DNA from: a virus
Strand: one strand, 5' to 3'
DNA length: 64,000 nucleotides
IMG/VR virus record: IMGVR_UViG_3300041956_000313
Location: 28,727-92,726 of that record
Shown here: positions 18,553 to 28,276 of the stretch, piece after piece
How positions within the stretch are numbered: the stretch's first letter is position 1
Layout of the letters: every line of letters starts with the position of its first letter
The notes under the pieces: generated by a model
The model's database searches: none
Told to the model about the DNA's origin: nothing
The model's input: only the letters and a program-made list of their open reading frames with translations
Made by a program: the position numbers and the translations under genes

Positions 18553-20010
18553 ATGGCGGTCAAAAGAAACCCGGCTGTACAGCACCCGACCTACCAGAAG
18601 TATTTGCCGAGATGGAAACTCGTGCGTGACTGCGCACAGAATTTGGTGAAGGCAAAGGGCAATGAGTATTTGCCGTCGCTGAGCGGTCAGACTGGGAGTG
18701 AGTACGACTCATATCGTCGACGAGCGTTCTGGCTTGGCGCGACCCAGCGCACTCTTGACGGCTTTACGGGCATGGCTTTCAGAAAGCCTCCGATCATTTC
18801 GACTGCAGGCGAGACGAAGAAAGAGCTAGAAATAGAAAAGGACAGCTTTCTTGCTCGCATCACTCCGAAGCGCAAGCCGTTTGTGTCTCTCGCGCGCATG
18901 ACAGTGCGTGAGTTGTTGCAGACGGCCCGAGTTGCATTGCTGCTCGATTTGCCTGATGACGCGGATTCGTCAATTGATCCGTGGGTGGCGGTGTATCAGG
19001 CAGAGAGTCTCATCTCGTGGGAATACGGCTCAGATGACAAGGGTGAGCCGGTGCTCATTCAAGCTGTGCTAGAGGAAATCGTCGAAGAACGCAAAGCTCC
19101 ACCGGACGATGACGAGATAATTCTCGTCACGCAGTGGAAAGTTCTGATGCTGGAGGACAATGAGTACAAGGTACAGGTGTGGCGCAAGGGCGAAGGGCCG
19201 CGTGCCAATCCGTACGTCGTGCACAAGGAGACGATTACACCGCAAATACGCGGCAAGCGTTTCACTCGTATTCCTCTAGTCATTCTCGACATGATGGACG
19301 ACAACGGTGACTTGACTCCGCCCTTTGAGCCGATTGCCGAGGCAAATGTCAGCCACTTCTTGTCGTCCGCTGACCTTGAACATGGCCGGCATTACACGGC
19401 GTTGCCTACTCCGTACGTGTGTGGCATTCAGCAGAGTGACAAAGAACTGAAAATCGGTTCGATGTCAGCATGGATGATCAGTGACGCACAGGCGAAGGTG
19501 GGCATGCTCGAATTCACCGGGCAAGGTCTCGGCTCGCTAGAGAAGGCGCTCGAAGCGAAAGAGAATCTCATGGCTGTGCTTGGAGCACGCTTGCTCGAAG
19601 CGCAGAAGAAGGGCGTCGAGGCTGCTGACACGCACCAGATGCGCGGCTCGGGTGAGCAGTCGGTGCTTGCATCGGTCGTGCTGCTTGCTCAGCAAGGATT
19701 GAATGAAGTGCTCACGATCGCACAACCTTACGTCGCAGGCATGCAATCTGCAGTTGCCGAGTTAAATCTCGACTTTGCTGCACTCACTCTGACGTCGGCG
19801 GAGCTAGACTCACTCGTGAAAGCGTTGCAGAGCGGAGCAATCAGCGAGGAAACGTTCTTCTACAACATGCAGCAGGCAGAGATGTATCCGCCTGACAGAA
19901 CGTTTGAAGATGAACAAGCCGCACGTCAGCAAGACTCCGACAAGGGTCTTGAGAATGAGATAAAGCGCATCAAGGCGATGCCGGAAACAGACCTCGGGAA
20001 TGCGGCGTAA
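18553..20010 (+). CDS. Portal protein (DUF4055 type)
   Basis: HP.Y.....W..VRD, YLP, Y..RA, N.SH...SAD..H motifs; directly after terL. Confidence 0.88.
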   Translation: MAVKRNPAVQHPTYQKYLPRWKLVRDCAQNLVKAKGNEYLPSLSGQTGSEYDSYRRRAFWLGATQRTLDGFTGMAFRKPPIISTAGETKKELEIEKDSFLARITPKRKPFVSLARMTVRELLQTARVALLLDLPDDADSSIDPWVAVYQAESLISWEYGSDDKGEPVLIQAVLEEIVEERKAPPDDDEIILVTQWKVLMLEDNEYKVQVWRKGEGPRANPYVVHKETITPQIRGKRFTRIPLVILDMMDDNGDLTPPFEPIAEANVSHFLSSADLEHGRHYTALPTPYVCGIQQSDKELKIGSMSAWMISDAQAKVGMLEFTGQGLGSLEKALEAKENLMAVLGARLLEAQKKGVEAADTHQMRGSGEQSVLASVVLLAQQGLNEVLTIAQPYVAGMQSAVAELNLDFAALTLTSAELDSLVKALQSGAISEETFFYNMQQAEMYPPDRTFEDEQAARQQDSDKGLENEIKRIKAMPETDLGNAA

Positions 20011-21108
20011 GTGGCGAACCTGTCCGATCAGTTTGCGGCGGAGCTCATCGGCAATACGGTCGATGTGCTCCGTTTTGCTGAGGGAGCCCGAGCGCGGTTG
20101 GTCGGGCGTCTCTTCATGCTGCGTGACGAGCTGATTGAAAAACTGATGGCGTTAGACGGAACTGACGCCTTCTCGTTTCGCGAGAAGAAAGCAAAGCTGA
20201 CTGCCACGTTACTCCGCACCGAGGCGACGATTCGCACGGCCTACAGAGACCTGCGTGATGCTCATCTGCGTGAAATGACGTCGCTTGCTCAACTGCAAAA
20301 CGAATTCGTGCCGCGCATGTTCAATGACACACTCGGAGTGTCCGTGGTCGAGTCCGTGTTTACTGTCGAGCAGTTGAAAGCAGTCGCGCGTAACTCACTC
20401 GTGCAAGGCTCGCCGTCCGGTGAGTGGTGGGGCAGACAAGCGACTGCGTTACGTCAGAAGTTTGAAGATCAGATGCGCATGGGCTATCTGCAGAACGAGA
20501 CCGTGGGTGACTTGGTGCGCAGAGTGCGTGGCGCGTCTACAGGCAAACGTATTACGTCGGTGGTTGATGGCAAGCGGCACACGTTCACGGAGTTCAAGGG
20601 CGGCATAATGGACGTGAGCACGCGCAACGCTGAGGCGTTGGTGCGCACGTCGATACAGACACTGTCGAATGATGTGATATTTGAGACGTATGAAGGCAAT
20701 GACGATCTCATCAAGGGATTGCAAGCACTCGCGACGCTCGACTTTAGAACGACTGAGTTCTGTCAGGAGCACGATCATCAAGCATGGTACATTGACGGTT
20801 ACCGCCCGATACCGCCTAACGCACTTCCGTGGCCGGGTCGGCCGCCGTATCATTGGAACTGCCGTACGGTGCTCGTGCCGCTGACGTACTCATGGGAGGA
20901 ACTCGTGAAGCGTGCGAAGGGCAGTGCGTCTGCGCGCCGGCTAGCACGCAAGGTCGACAAAAGCATTGAGCCGGGCACCCGAGCGTCTATGGACGGAGCA
21001 GTCTCGAAAGAATTCGACTATGACACGTGGTATGACACGCAGTCATCGGCACGACAGATTCAAATTTCTAGCGTCCTCAAAACGAGGAATAAAACCGGAG
21101 GTAGATGA
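20011..21108 (+). CDS. Minor head protein (SPP1 gp7/Mu gpF-like)
   Basis: ATLD.RTT..C...D and PPYHWNCRTVLVP motifs. Confidence 0.88.
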   Translation: MANLSDQFAAELIGNTVDVLRFAEGARARLVGRLFMLRDELIEKLMALDGTDAFSFREKKAKLTATLLRTEATIRTAYRDLRDAHLREMTSLAQLQNEFVPRMFNDTLGVSVVESVFTVEQLKAVARNSLVQGSPSGEWWGRQATALRQKFEDQMRMGYLQNETVGDLVRRVRGASTGKRITSVVDGKRHTFTEFKGGIMDVSTRNAEALVRTSIQTLSNDVIFETYEGNDDLIKGLQALATLDFRTTEFCQEHDHQAWYIDGYRPIPPNALPWPGRPPYHWNCRTVLVPLTYSWEELVKRAKGSASARRLARKVDKSIEPGTRASMDGAVSKEFDYDTWYDTQSSARQIQISSVLKTRNKTGGR

Positions 21109-21902
21109 CAATGGCTCTGAAATTCAGATACGAGAAGCAGGAAGATGTGCCGAAGGAGCACGAGACTCTTTACAAGGAAGTGAACGGTGCGTGGATTCTC
21201 GAAGTCGAGGGCGTCGTGCCGCTCGAACGTGCGAACGAACTCAGCTCGAAGGTGAACGAGTTTCGCAAGACGAATGGCGAGCTCACGGCGAAGCTCGCAG
21301 CGTTCGATGGCAAGAAAGTGCTGACGGAGGAGGAGCACAAAGAGCTGATCGAAGCGAAGGAGAAGCTGGAGAAGGGTCACAAGCCGGAAGAGCTTGAGGC
21401 GCTCGTCGAGAAGCGCACTGCGAACATGCGCAAGGCGCACGCGTCTGAGCTTGCCTCTGCTCGTGCCATTGCCGAAGAGGCGACGACGAAGCACAAGAAG
21501 ACCTTCCGCGAACTCGAAACTACGCGCGTGCAGGCCACGCTTGCTCAAGTGGTCAGCGAAGTCGGCACACCGGCGAAGGGGGCTCTGCAAGACATCAACT
21601 CGCGTGCTGCGGGGGTGTTTCGTCTGAACGATGACGGCAACATCGTCGCCATGAAGGACGATGGTGAGGAGGTCATGGGCACGGATGGCAAACCGCTCAC
21701 GATGAAAGAGTTTGTCACGAATCTGACGAAAGAGGCGCCGTATCTGTTCGAGCGCTCGAATGGCTCGGGCAGCAAGGGCCCCGGTGATCGCAGCAGCCGG
21801 TCGTCGACGCGCACGATTTCACGTGGGGACTCTGCTGGGTTCGGGCAGAATCTGGAGGCAATTGCGAAAGGAGAAGTGTCCGTCGACATGGAAGCAGACT
21901 GA
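21105..21902 (+). CDS. Capsid scaffolding protein
   Basis: Coiled coil, APYLF..SNGSG; between minor head and capsid genes. Confidence 0.75.
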   Translation: MTMALKFRYEKQEDVPKEHETLYKEVNGAWILEVEGVVPLERANELSSKVNEFRKTNGELTAKLAAFDGKKVLTEEEHKELIEAKEKLEKGHKPEELEALVEKRTANMRKAHASELASARAIAEEATTKHKKTFRELETTRVQATLAQVVSEVGTPAKGALQDINSRAAGVFRLNDDGNIVAMKDDGEEVMGTDGKPLTMKEFVTNLTKEAPYLFERSNGSGSKGPGDRSSRSSTRTISRGDSAGFGQNLEAIAKGEVSVDMEAD

Positions 21903-21905
21903 CAC

Positions 21906-21933
21906 TTGCACCCGGTTCCATTGTGACTAGAAT
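21906..21933 (+). promoter_or_regulatory. Putative sigma70-like promoter upstream of the major capsid gene
   Basis: TTGCAC-16 nt-TAGAAT about 155 nt before the ATG. Confidence 0.55.
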
Positions 21934-22088
21934 CCGTTTCTGGTAAAGCGAACCTTCAGGGCGAATCCCTCCGCAGAGTGTGAGGGGTTGATAGCTGAGA
22001 AACTCTCGACAAGGCACCGGCAGAGTCGGTGCCCATCGGGGAAGGTGCAGCAGCAATCAATTCATCAACTCTGTGAGGGGATTCGTTC

Positions 22089-23249
22089 ATGGCCAATAAT
22101 CTTGCCGTGGCAGTGCCGAAGATTCTGGCACGTGGTCTGATGGCGCTACGCTCCGAAACTGTCATGCCCGCGCTCGTGAACCGGGACTATGGCAATGAGG
22201 CCGCACAGCGAGGCACCGTCATCACCATTCCGATTCCGTCTGCGGTTGCAGTCCGCGACGTCGTTCCAGGTGTTACGCCGGTGGCTGCACCGGATCAGGG
22301 TCCGACGCAGGCACTCGTGCCGCTCGATCAGTGGAAAGAAGCTCCGTTCTATCTGAATGACAAGGAGCTTCAAGAGATCAACGCGAGCGCGACGTTCATT
22401 CCGATGGAAACATCGGAGGCGATCAAGTCGCTGGCGGAAGTGATCAATGCCTTCATTCTTTCGAAGTACAAGGGTGTCTACGGGTACGCCGGCACTGCTG
22501 GCACGACTCCGTTCAACGCGACGCCTGCCAACCTCGACATCAGCTCGGCCACGGCTCTGCGCAAGGTTCTCAACAACCAGCGCGCGCCGAAGCGTCCGCG
22601 CTATGCCGTGCTGGACCCGGACGCCGAAGCCAACGCACTGAATCAGCGTGCGTTCCAGGACTACAGCTGGGGCAACACGACTGACGTGATTCGCGATGGT
22701 GAGATGCGTGAGACGCGCATGGGCTTCGGCTGGTTCATGGATCAGCAGGTCCCGACGCACACGGCCGGTACGCTGACGGGCACGATCAACGTCGCGGCGA
22801 ACGCGGCCGCGGGCGTGTCGTCCGTCACCGCTGCAACGGACGGTGCCGAAGCGATCGCGCTGAAGGAAGGCGACATCATCACTTTCAGCAATCACACGCA
22901 GACGTATGTGGTGACTGCTGATGTGACGGCGGGCGCCTCGGTTGCGTCGACGGCGATTCCGATTGCGCCGGTGCTGCAGGTGGCGGTGACGACTGCCGCG
23001 ACGATTGCAGTGAAGGCGACGCACGTCGTGAATCTCGGCTTCCACCGCGATGCTTTCGCGTTCGCGTCGCGTCCTCTGCAGGACGTCAACGGTCTCGGCA
23101 ACCTCATCCTGAGCGCGGCCGACCCCATAACTGGTCTGTCACTGCGGCTCGAAATCTCGCGCCAGCACAAGCAGACTGCGTGGTCGTTCGACATTCTCTA
23201 CGGTGCCGCACTCGTGCGTCGCGAGCTCGCAGCACGCCTCGCTGGCTAA
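22089..23249 (+). CDS. Major capsid protein (P22 coat-like, HK97 fold)
   Basis: LVNRDY.......GTVITIP, FHRDAFAFASRPL, FDILYG..LVR.ELA; position after scaffold. Confidence 0.88.
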   Translation: MANNLAVAVPKILARGLMALRSETVMPALVNRDYGNEAAQRGTVITIPIPSAVAVRDVVPGVTPVAAPDQGPTQALVPLDQWKEAPFYLNDKELQEINASATFIPMETSEAIKSLAEVINAFILSKYKGVYGYAGTAGTTPFNATPANLDISSATALRKVLNNQRAPKRPRYAVLDPDAEANALNQRAFQDYSWGNTTDVIRDGEMRETRMGFGWFMDQQVPTHTAGTLTGTINVAANAAAGVSSVTAATDGAEAIALKEGDIITFSNHTQTYVVTADVTAGASVASTAIPIAPVLQVAVTTAATIAVKATHVVNLGFHRDAFAFASRPLQDVNGLGNLILSAADPITGLSLRLEISRQHKQTAWSFDILYGAALVRRELAARLAG

Positions 23250-23279
23250 GGCCGCAAGTCCCTCGCAAACCCCCGCATT

Positions 23280-23301
23280 GGGTCGGCACGGATGCTGACC
23301 C
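23280..23301 (+). promoter_or_regulatory. Putative CsrA-binding hairpin
   Basis: GGGTCGGC-ACGGAT-GCTGACCC; loop region CACGGATG fits CANGGANG. Confidence 0.55.
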
Positions 23302-23340
23302 TGTGCACTTCTGAAAGAAAAGTTTCTTGGAGGTAGTTTC

Positions 23341-23964
23341 ATGAGTGTCCAGACGCTAGTAGAACAACACAAGGCCATTCGCAAGTCAGGCGTGCCGCTT
23401 CACGATCAGTTCGCAGCGCTCAGCCAGAACGAGCGAATGGCATTCGCGCAAGCGCTCGGCCAGACGCTTAACATTCCCGTCGGCCGAGAAGCAGAAGCGC
23501 AGCCCGAGAACGCGCAGACGCTGCATATCTTGCAGTACATGACGCGACAGCCTCCGCCGCTGAAGAACCTCGCACTGCTGGGCGTGCATCGTACGCAGTG
23601 CGTGTGGGTGAAGAAGGCGAGCGGCAAGATCGTGGAAGTTCCGGTCGATGCTTTCGACCCGGCCGTGCACGAGCTGTCGAAGAAGCAGCCGATTGAGGCA
23701 CGTGCCTATATCGGCAAGGTCAAGAAGAAGATCAAGGAGTATGAGGAACACAAGGCCGCGAACGAAGTGGACGACGGTGACGAGGAGTTCGACGACGAGG
23801 TGGATGAGGGTGATTCCGAGATTCTCGACCGGGACGAGCCGGCCGACTCGGACATCTCGGATGAAGATGATGAGGACGCAGGTGGCGAGACTCCGCCGCA
23901 CTCCGTCACGCGCAAGCCGAAGACTTCGAAGAAGTCAAAGTTGAAGGCGCGCGGCCGCAGGTAA
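23341..23964 (+). CDS. Hypothetical protein with acidic tract and basic tail
   Basis: GGAGG SD; D/E-rich region then K/R-rich end. Confidence 0.7.
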   Translation: MSVQTLVEQHKAIRKSGVPLHDQFAALSQNERMAFAQALGQTLNIPVGREAEAQPENAQTLHILQYMTRQPPPLKNLALLGVHRTQCVWVKKASGKIVEVPVDAFDPAVHELSKKQPIEARAYIGKVKKKIKEYEEHKAANEVDDGDEEFDDEVDEGDSEILDRDEPADSDISDEDDEDAGGETPPHSVTRKPKTSKKSKLKARGRR

Positions 23965-23975
23965 GGCAATCAGTC

Positions 23976-24500
23976 ATGGCACTCGTTCTCGTATCTACTC
24001 CGGGCGCGGCTAACGCGAACTCGTACACGTCTCTCGCAGAGGCAGAGGTGTATTTCGAGTCTCGTCCGTTCTCGGGCAAGTGGACGAGTGCCTCGACTGC
24101 TCAGAAAGAGGCCGCGTTGGTGTGGGCCACGCGGCTTCTTGATCGATCGATTACGTGGCAAGGGTCTCCGTACACGCTGACACAGTCACTGCGATGGCCG
24201 CGTGTCGGTGCCGTCACGCTCGATGGCAACCTGTACAACTCCGACGTCATTCCACCGGAGTTGAAAGAAGCCACCGCGGAACTCGCGCTCTGGCTGCTGA
24301 CGAAGGATCGTACGGCGGAGACCGGCCGCGAGGGAATCAAGAAGTTTGCAGTCGGCACACTTGAGGTGGAGTTCGATTCGACGACGAATGCCTCTGTGAT
24401 TCCTGACTCTGCCTTTCAGCTCATTGCACATCTAGGCAGTCTCGGGACAGTGGCTCAGAGTGCTGTCGGCATTCAGACTGTCAAGCTGCTACGGACGTGA
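23976..24500 (+). CDS. Head-tail adaptor (DnaT-like/gp6-type)
   Basis: ANSYTSLAEA..YF, ATR.LD, QSLRWPR, IP.ELKEA..ELA. Confidence 0.8.
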   Translation: MALVLVSTPGAANANSYTSLAEAEVYFESRPFSGKWTSASTAQKEAALVWATRLLDRSITWQGSPYTLTQSLRWPRVGAVTLDGNLYNSDVIPPELKEATAELALWLLTKDRTAETGREGIKKFAVGTLEVEFDSTTNASVIPDSAFQLIAHLGSLGTVAQSAVGIQTVKLLRT

Positions 24501-24503
24501 GCC

Positions 24504-24905
24504 ATGAGCTTTCGCGAACTTGCCGCGCAGTTAGCCAGCACCGCGTTCACGGTTGCGGATGACATTCCTGAGTCGTGCTTGTACAAGCACGGTGGCTCAT
24601 CTCGTCCCTACGATACGAAGTCAGGAAAAGTTCTGCAGTCATCGACTGCCGCAGAAAGCACTGTCAGCTTTATCTTCGGACCTGCGCAAGGTTTCGGCAC
24701 GCCTGACGGTGACACGACTCAGTCAGACCACACAGGCGACTTGAGTGCGGTTGCTCAGGCTGCCGAATTCAATCAGACGCCGGCCGAGGGTGACGAGCTC
24801 GTGCGTGGCGTCGACGAGTATCGAGTCATTGCACTGAAGCCGGATGAGGCCGGTGCGACCTACACGTTCTTGATTGCGCGCATCGGTGGCGGAATCGAGC
24901 CATGA
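24504..24905 (+). CDS. Putative head closure protein
   Basis: Position and size; YD..SG motif. Confidence 0.55.
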   Translation: MSFRELAAQLASTAFTVADDIPESCLYKHGGSSRPYDTKSGKVLQSSTAAESTVSFIFGPAQGFGTPDGDTTQSDHTGDLSAVAQAAEFNQTPAEGDELVRGVDEYRVIALKPDEAGATYTFLIARIGGGIEP

Positions 24906-25333
24906 TATCTCTCGACACAAGAGACTTCGAGGCCGACCTTCTTGCCTTTGCTCGCAAGGTAGAGCTCGGGCCGGGCATCGTCACTCGTAAACTCGTGCTC
25001 GACATCTTCGGAGACTTGCTGGCATCGACTCCGGTTGATACGGGCAGGGCACGCAGTAACTGGAAAGTGTCGGTGGGCGCACCTGACTTCACTCAACTTG
25101 AGTCTCTCGGAGATGGCCCCGGAGCGGAGTCTATTCAGTTTCTGTCAGCGCAGGCTCGCTTGTATCGGTATCGAGCTAACCGCCCTGTCTACATCACGAA
25201 CGGATTGCCCTACATAGAGAGGCTTAACGAGGGCTGGTCGCAGCAAGCACCGGCAGGATTTGTTGAGGCCGCGATCTTGCGCAACGTGCGGCCGATCATC
25301 GCCGCCAGTGATTTTCTCAGTGGTGGTGTATGA
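24902..25333 (+). CDS. HK97 gp10-like neck/tail completion protein
   Basis: TPVDTGRARSNW, NGLPYIERLNEGWSQQAPAG. Confidence 0.85.
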   Translation: MISLDTRDFEADLLAFARKVELGPGIVTRKLVLDIFGDLLASTPVDTGRARSNWKVSVGAPDFTQLESLGDGPGAESIQFLSAQARLYRYRANRPVYITNGLPYIERLNEGWSQQAPAGFVEAAILRNVRPIIAASDFLSGGV

Positions 25334-25791
25334 ATGAGGCTGAGGTACTGCACGCGATTGAAGATCGAATGCGAACTCGATGGCCGTTAGTGTGGGACCG
25401 ACAACCGCCTATCACGATCATCTTCGAAGACACTCAGACGCGTGTGCCGCTGCCGCCGTTCGTGCGGCTGTATGTCGATGCTATCGGAGACAAGGACGAG
25501 GCCTACGCAGGCAGCCGAATCGATTATTCGAAGCTGGGGATTATCACTGCGCAGATTTTCACGAAGAAGGGAGAGGGCACGACTCTCGGCCGTGAGATTG
25601 GCGCAGCGATTGAAACGATCTTTGCTGGGAAGAGCTTTGGCTCAGATGTCGCTAAGCCGATGTCGGGCATCATCTGCCGCGAGTGCACGGTGACTGTCAT
25701 CCGGGGTCGTGACCGGGCGAATGCTGAGTTGTCGCAAGTCAATGCACGCGTGCCTTACGAATATCACCAATCGGTAGAAACCGGAGACTAA
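25330..25791 (+). CDS. Tail terminator protein
   Basis: G.ITAQIFT..G.G motif; precedes tail tube. Confidence 0.7.
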   Translation: MNEAEVLHAIEDRMRTRWPLVWDRQPPITIIFEDTQTRVPLPPFVRLYVDAIGDKDEAYAGSRIDYSKLGIITAQIFTKKGEGTTLGREIGAAIETIFAGKSFGSDVAKPMSGIICRECTVTVIRGRDRANAELSQVNARVPYEYHQSVETGD

Positions 25792-25793
25792 AC

Positions 25794-26969
25794 ATGGCAG
25801 ACAGTTCACGCGTCCAGCTGGCTTACGTCAAAGAGTCGACACTGGGCGTCACACCGGCAAGTGCATTGAAGGCTTTGCGATACACGCGTGAGACACTGGG
25901 CCGTCGTTTCGAGTCGGTTCAGTCTGACGAGGTTCGTGAAGATCGTCAGGTGGTAGACATCACACGTGTTGGTGCGAACGCTCAGGGCGGTATCGAGATT
26001 GAAATCTCGCACACTACCTACAATGAGTTCCTCGAGGCTGCGCTCGGGAATCTGATGAGCGCCCCGGTGGAAGTGATTGCAACTGACATCGCTGCGAACG
26101 GTGGCGGTACACAGACACTCACGCGTCCTGCTAGCATGCCGATTTATCAGGTCGGACAGTTCGTGTGGGTGTCGGGTTTCTCGAACGCTGCGAATAACGG
26201 CTACTTTGAAGTCGAGACGTCGAGTGGCACGACTCTCAAGCTGAAGAACGGTCGCGTTGCGCTCGTCAACGAGTCTGCCGGCCAGAGCGTGAAGATTTCG
26301 GCGTCATCAATCGTCAATGGCTCGACGCCGATGTCATTCACGATCGAGAAGAAGTTTGCTGACCTCAACGGTGGGTCCGGCATATTCTACCCGTTTACGG
26401 GCATGCGCCTGAACACGTTCGAGATGCGCATTGCTTCGCGCGCTAAGGTCACAGGCAGCATGGACTTCTTCGGTGGCGGCGGCCGGCTGCTGACTGCGAC
26501 AGTCGGCACAGGCGCCTACACTGCTGCCACGACTACTTCGACGCTGAACGCATCAAACAACGTCGGACAAGTACTTGAGAATGGTTCGTCACTAGGCGCC
26601 GGAGCCTTCGTGAAACAGATGACTATTCGCATTGCCAACAACCTGCGTCCGCAAGATGCGGTAGGTAGTGTGAATCCGATCGGCATCGGTTACGGCAGTC
26701 TCGTCATCACAGGAACGATGCAGATTTATTTCGTCAGTGAAGCGCTGTTCAACCGGTTCCTCGATGACATCGATTCGAGCTTTGCTCTGGTCATCGGCTC
26801 GGGCGGCACTGAGAACGACGCCTATGCGATCACGATGCCCAAGATAGAGTTCACGAACGGTGACGTGCTGGGAACGGGCAACAACGACGACGTTCTCTGT
26901 AACATGGAGTATCAGGCGAAGTTGTCACCCACGCACGGCTACTCGATGAGGATCGACAGTTTTTCGTGA
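25794..26969 (+). CDS. Tail tube (major tail) protein
   Basis: ESTLGVTP, SDEVREDR, SFTIEK.F.D, ITGTMQIYF motifs. Confidence 0.85.
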   Translation: MADSSRVQLAYVKESTLGVTPASALKALRYTRETLGRRFESVQSDEVREDRQVVDITRVGANAQGGIEIEISHTTYNEFLEAALGNLMSAPVEVIATDIAANGGGTQTLTRPASMPIYQVGQFVWVSGFSNAANNGYFEVETSSGTTLKLKNGRVALVNESAGQSVKISASSIVNGSTPMSFTIEKKFADLNGGSGIFYPFTGMRLNTFEMRIASRAKVTGSMDFFGGGGRLLTATVGTGAYTAATTTSTLNASNNVGQVLENGSSLGAGAFVKQMTIRIANNLRPQDAVGSVNPIGIGYGSLVITGTMQIYFVSEALFNRFLDDIDSSFALVIGSGGTENDAYAITMPKIEFTNGDVLGTGNNDDVLCNMEYQAKLSPTHGYSMRIDSFS

Positions 26970-27114
26970 GGCTGTGTTGGCGTAAACCGACTGTGCCTTT
27001 TCGTGTTGCAGTTTTCACGGACAGCGTGGAGTGCCTCCTCACGACTGACGGGTACAGTCTTTTCAAGGGCAGTCTGCAATCGGACTGCCCTTCTTTTCAA
27101 ACAGGAGAAGTCAG

Positions 27115-27369
27115 ATGACGACACGAGTGAAGGTGTCTGCGGATCACGTCGACTCACGCGTTGCAGTTCGTGTGCGTTCCGTGAGTCGCAATCACAGTCA
27201 GGTGTACAGTGAGCAAGTCATTCGCACGGACGAGCCCGATGTGACTTTCGAAGTGCACAGCGGTGCCGTCCTCATCGTCGATGAGGTGCCGATTGAGTCG
27301 GTGCCCGTGAAGACGAAGGAACAGACTGCGGAGGATGCAAAGCGCGCGCGCAAGAATCTCGGCGTCTGA
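27115..27369 (+). CDS. Hypothetical protein
   Basis: AGGAG SD. Confidence 0.55.
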   Translation: MTTRVKVSADHVDSRVAVRVRSVSRNHSQVYSEQVIRTDEPDVTFEVHSGAVLIVDEVPIESVPVKTKEQTAEDAKRARKNLGV

Positions 27370-27404
27370 GGTTTCTACAACACAAAAAGTGAGTGAGGCA
27401 TGAC

Positions 27405-27842
27405 ATGGAACTGATGAATTACGCGATTGACACGAAGAAACAGGTGGAGGGCTCGTGGGTGATGCTCAGCCCCGGCACGGAGTTTCTTCTCGGCCGCATG
27501 AACTCCGAGCACTGGTTCATGACCCTCGACAGAATCCGTGACCCACACATCAAGCAACTGCCGCGCGGCGTCGCGTTGCCTGAGGAGAAGGGTGCGGAGC
27601 TGTTCAACGAGGCACTCGTCGAGTGCATTCTGTTGGGCTGGCGCGGCAAGTTCACGCTCAATGGCAAAGAGATGCCTGAGTACTCAAAAGAGCTTGCGCT
27701 GAGGATTCTCAACACGAAAGAACTCGCACCCTTCCGAGCAATGATCGTCGAGCAATCAGCGATGCTGAACAATTTCGCGCTCGATGATTTCGAGTACCTG
27801 GAGGGAAACTTGTTGAGCTCATCCGGTTCGACGCCTCAATAA
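27405..27842 (+). CDS. Tail assembly chaperone (gpG-like)
   Basis: EG.W, ILLGWRG, YS.E.A..L motifs; slippery G GGA AAC near the 3' end. Confidence 0.8.
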   Translation: MELMNYAIDTKKQVEGSWVMLSPGTEFLLGRMNSEHWFMTLDRIRDPHIKQLPRGVALPEEKGAELFNEALVECILLGWRGKFTLNGKEMPEYSKELALRILNTKELAPFRAMIVEQSAMLNNFALDDFEYLEGNLLSSSGSTPQ

Positions 27843-28165
27843 CGGATGAGCTCAGAGACATTTACCTAGCTGATGAAGAAGAGTCACCGGGCTCGTCACC
27901 GCTGTCAAACAGACCACGTAAAGAGGCCGATGTCGAAGATTTGTGTGCGCAGTTTTACGACCTGATGAATCTGAGGTCGGGAGACTCGTGGATAACACTG
28001 CACGACATCAAGGCTTATATGGAGCTGTACTCAGCTAGACACCCCGAAGACTTTCCCCGCCTGATGTTGAGCGCGCAACGCGCTCATGTGAGAGCCAAAG
28101 CTGCCGCGAAGCAGAAGCTGCAAGCAGCACAGGAACGTGCCAACGCTCTGAAACGAGAGCGTTAG
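27803..28165 (+). CDS. -1 frameshift extension of the tail chaperone (gpGT-like)
   Basis: GGGAAAC at 27803-27809 in X XXY YYZ register; -1 frame open to 28165 and continuous with ORF 27941..28165. Confidence 0.8.
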   Translation, partial: GKLVELIRFDASITDELRDIYLADEEESPGSSPLSNRPRKEADVEDLCAQFYDLMNLRSGDSWITLHDIKAYMELYSARHPEDFPRLMLSAQRAHVRAKAAAKQKLQAAQERANALKRER

Positions 28166-28174
28166 TTGCGTAAA

Positions 28175-28200
28175 GCCGCGTGCCATGGATGGTGCGCGGC
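28175..28200 (+). promoter_or_regulatory. Putative CsrA-binding hairpin upstream of the tape measure gene
   Basis: GCCGCGTGCC-ATGGAT-GGTGCGCGGC; CATGGATG fits CANGGANG. Confidence 0.55.
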
Positions 28201-28276
28201 GATCTTGATGCTAGTGCGGCATGCACACGGCTCACCTCACGATCGCCGCTCATAGCCCGTTACCTTTTGAGGTGTA

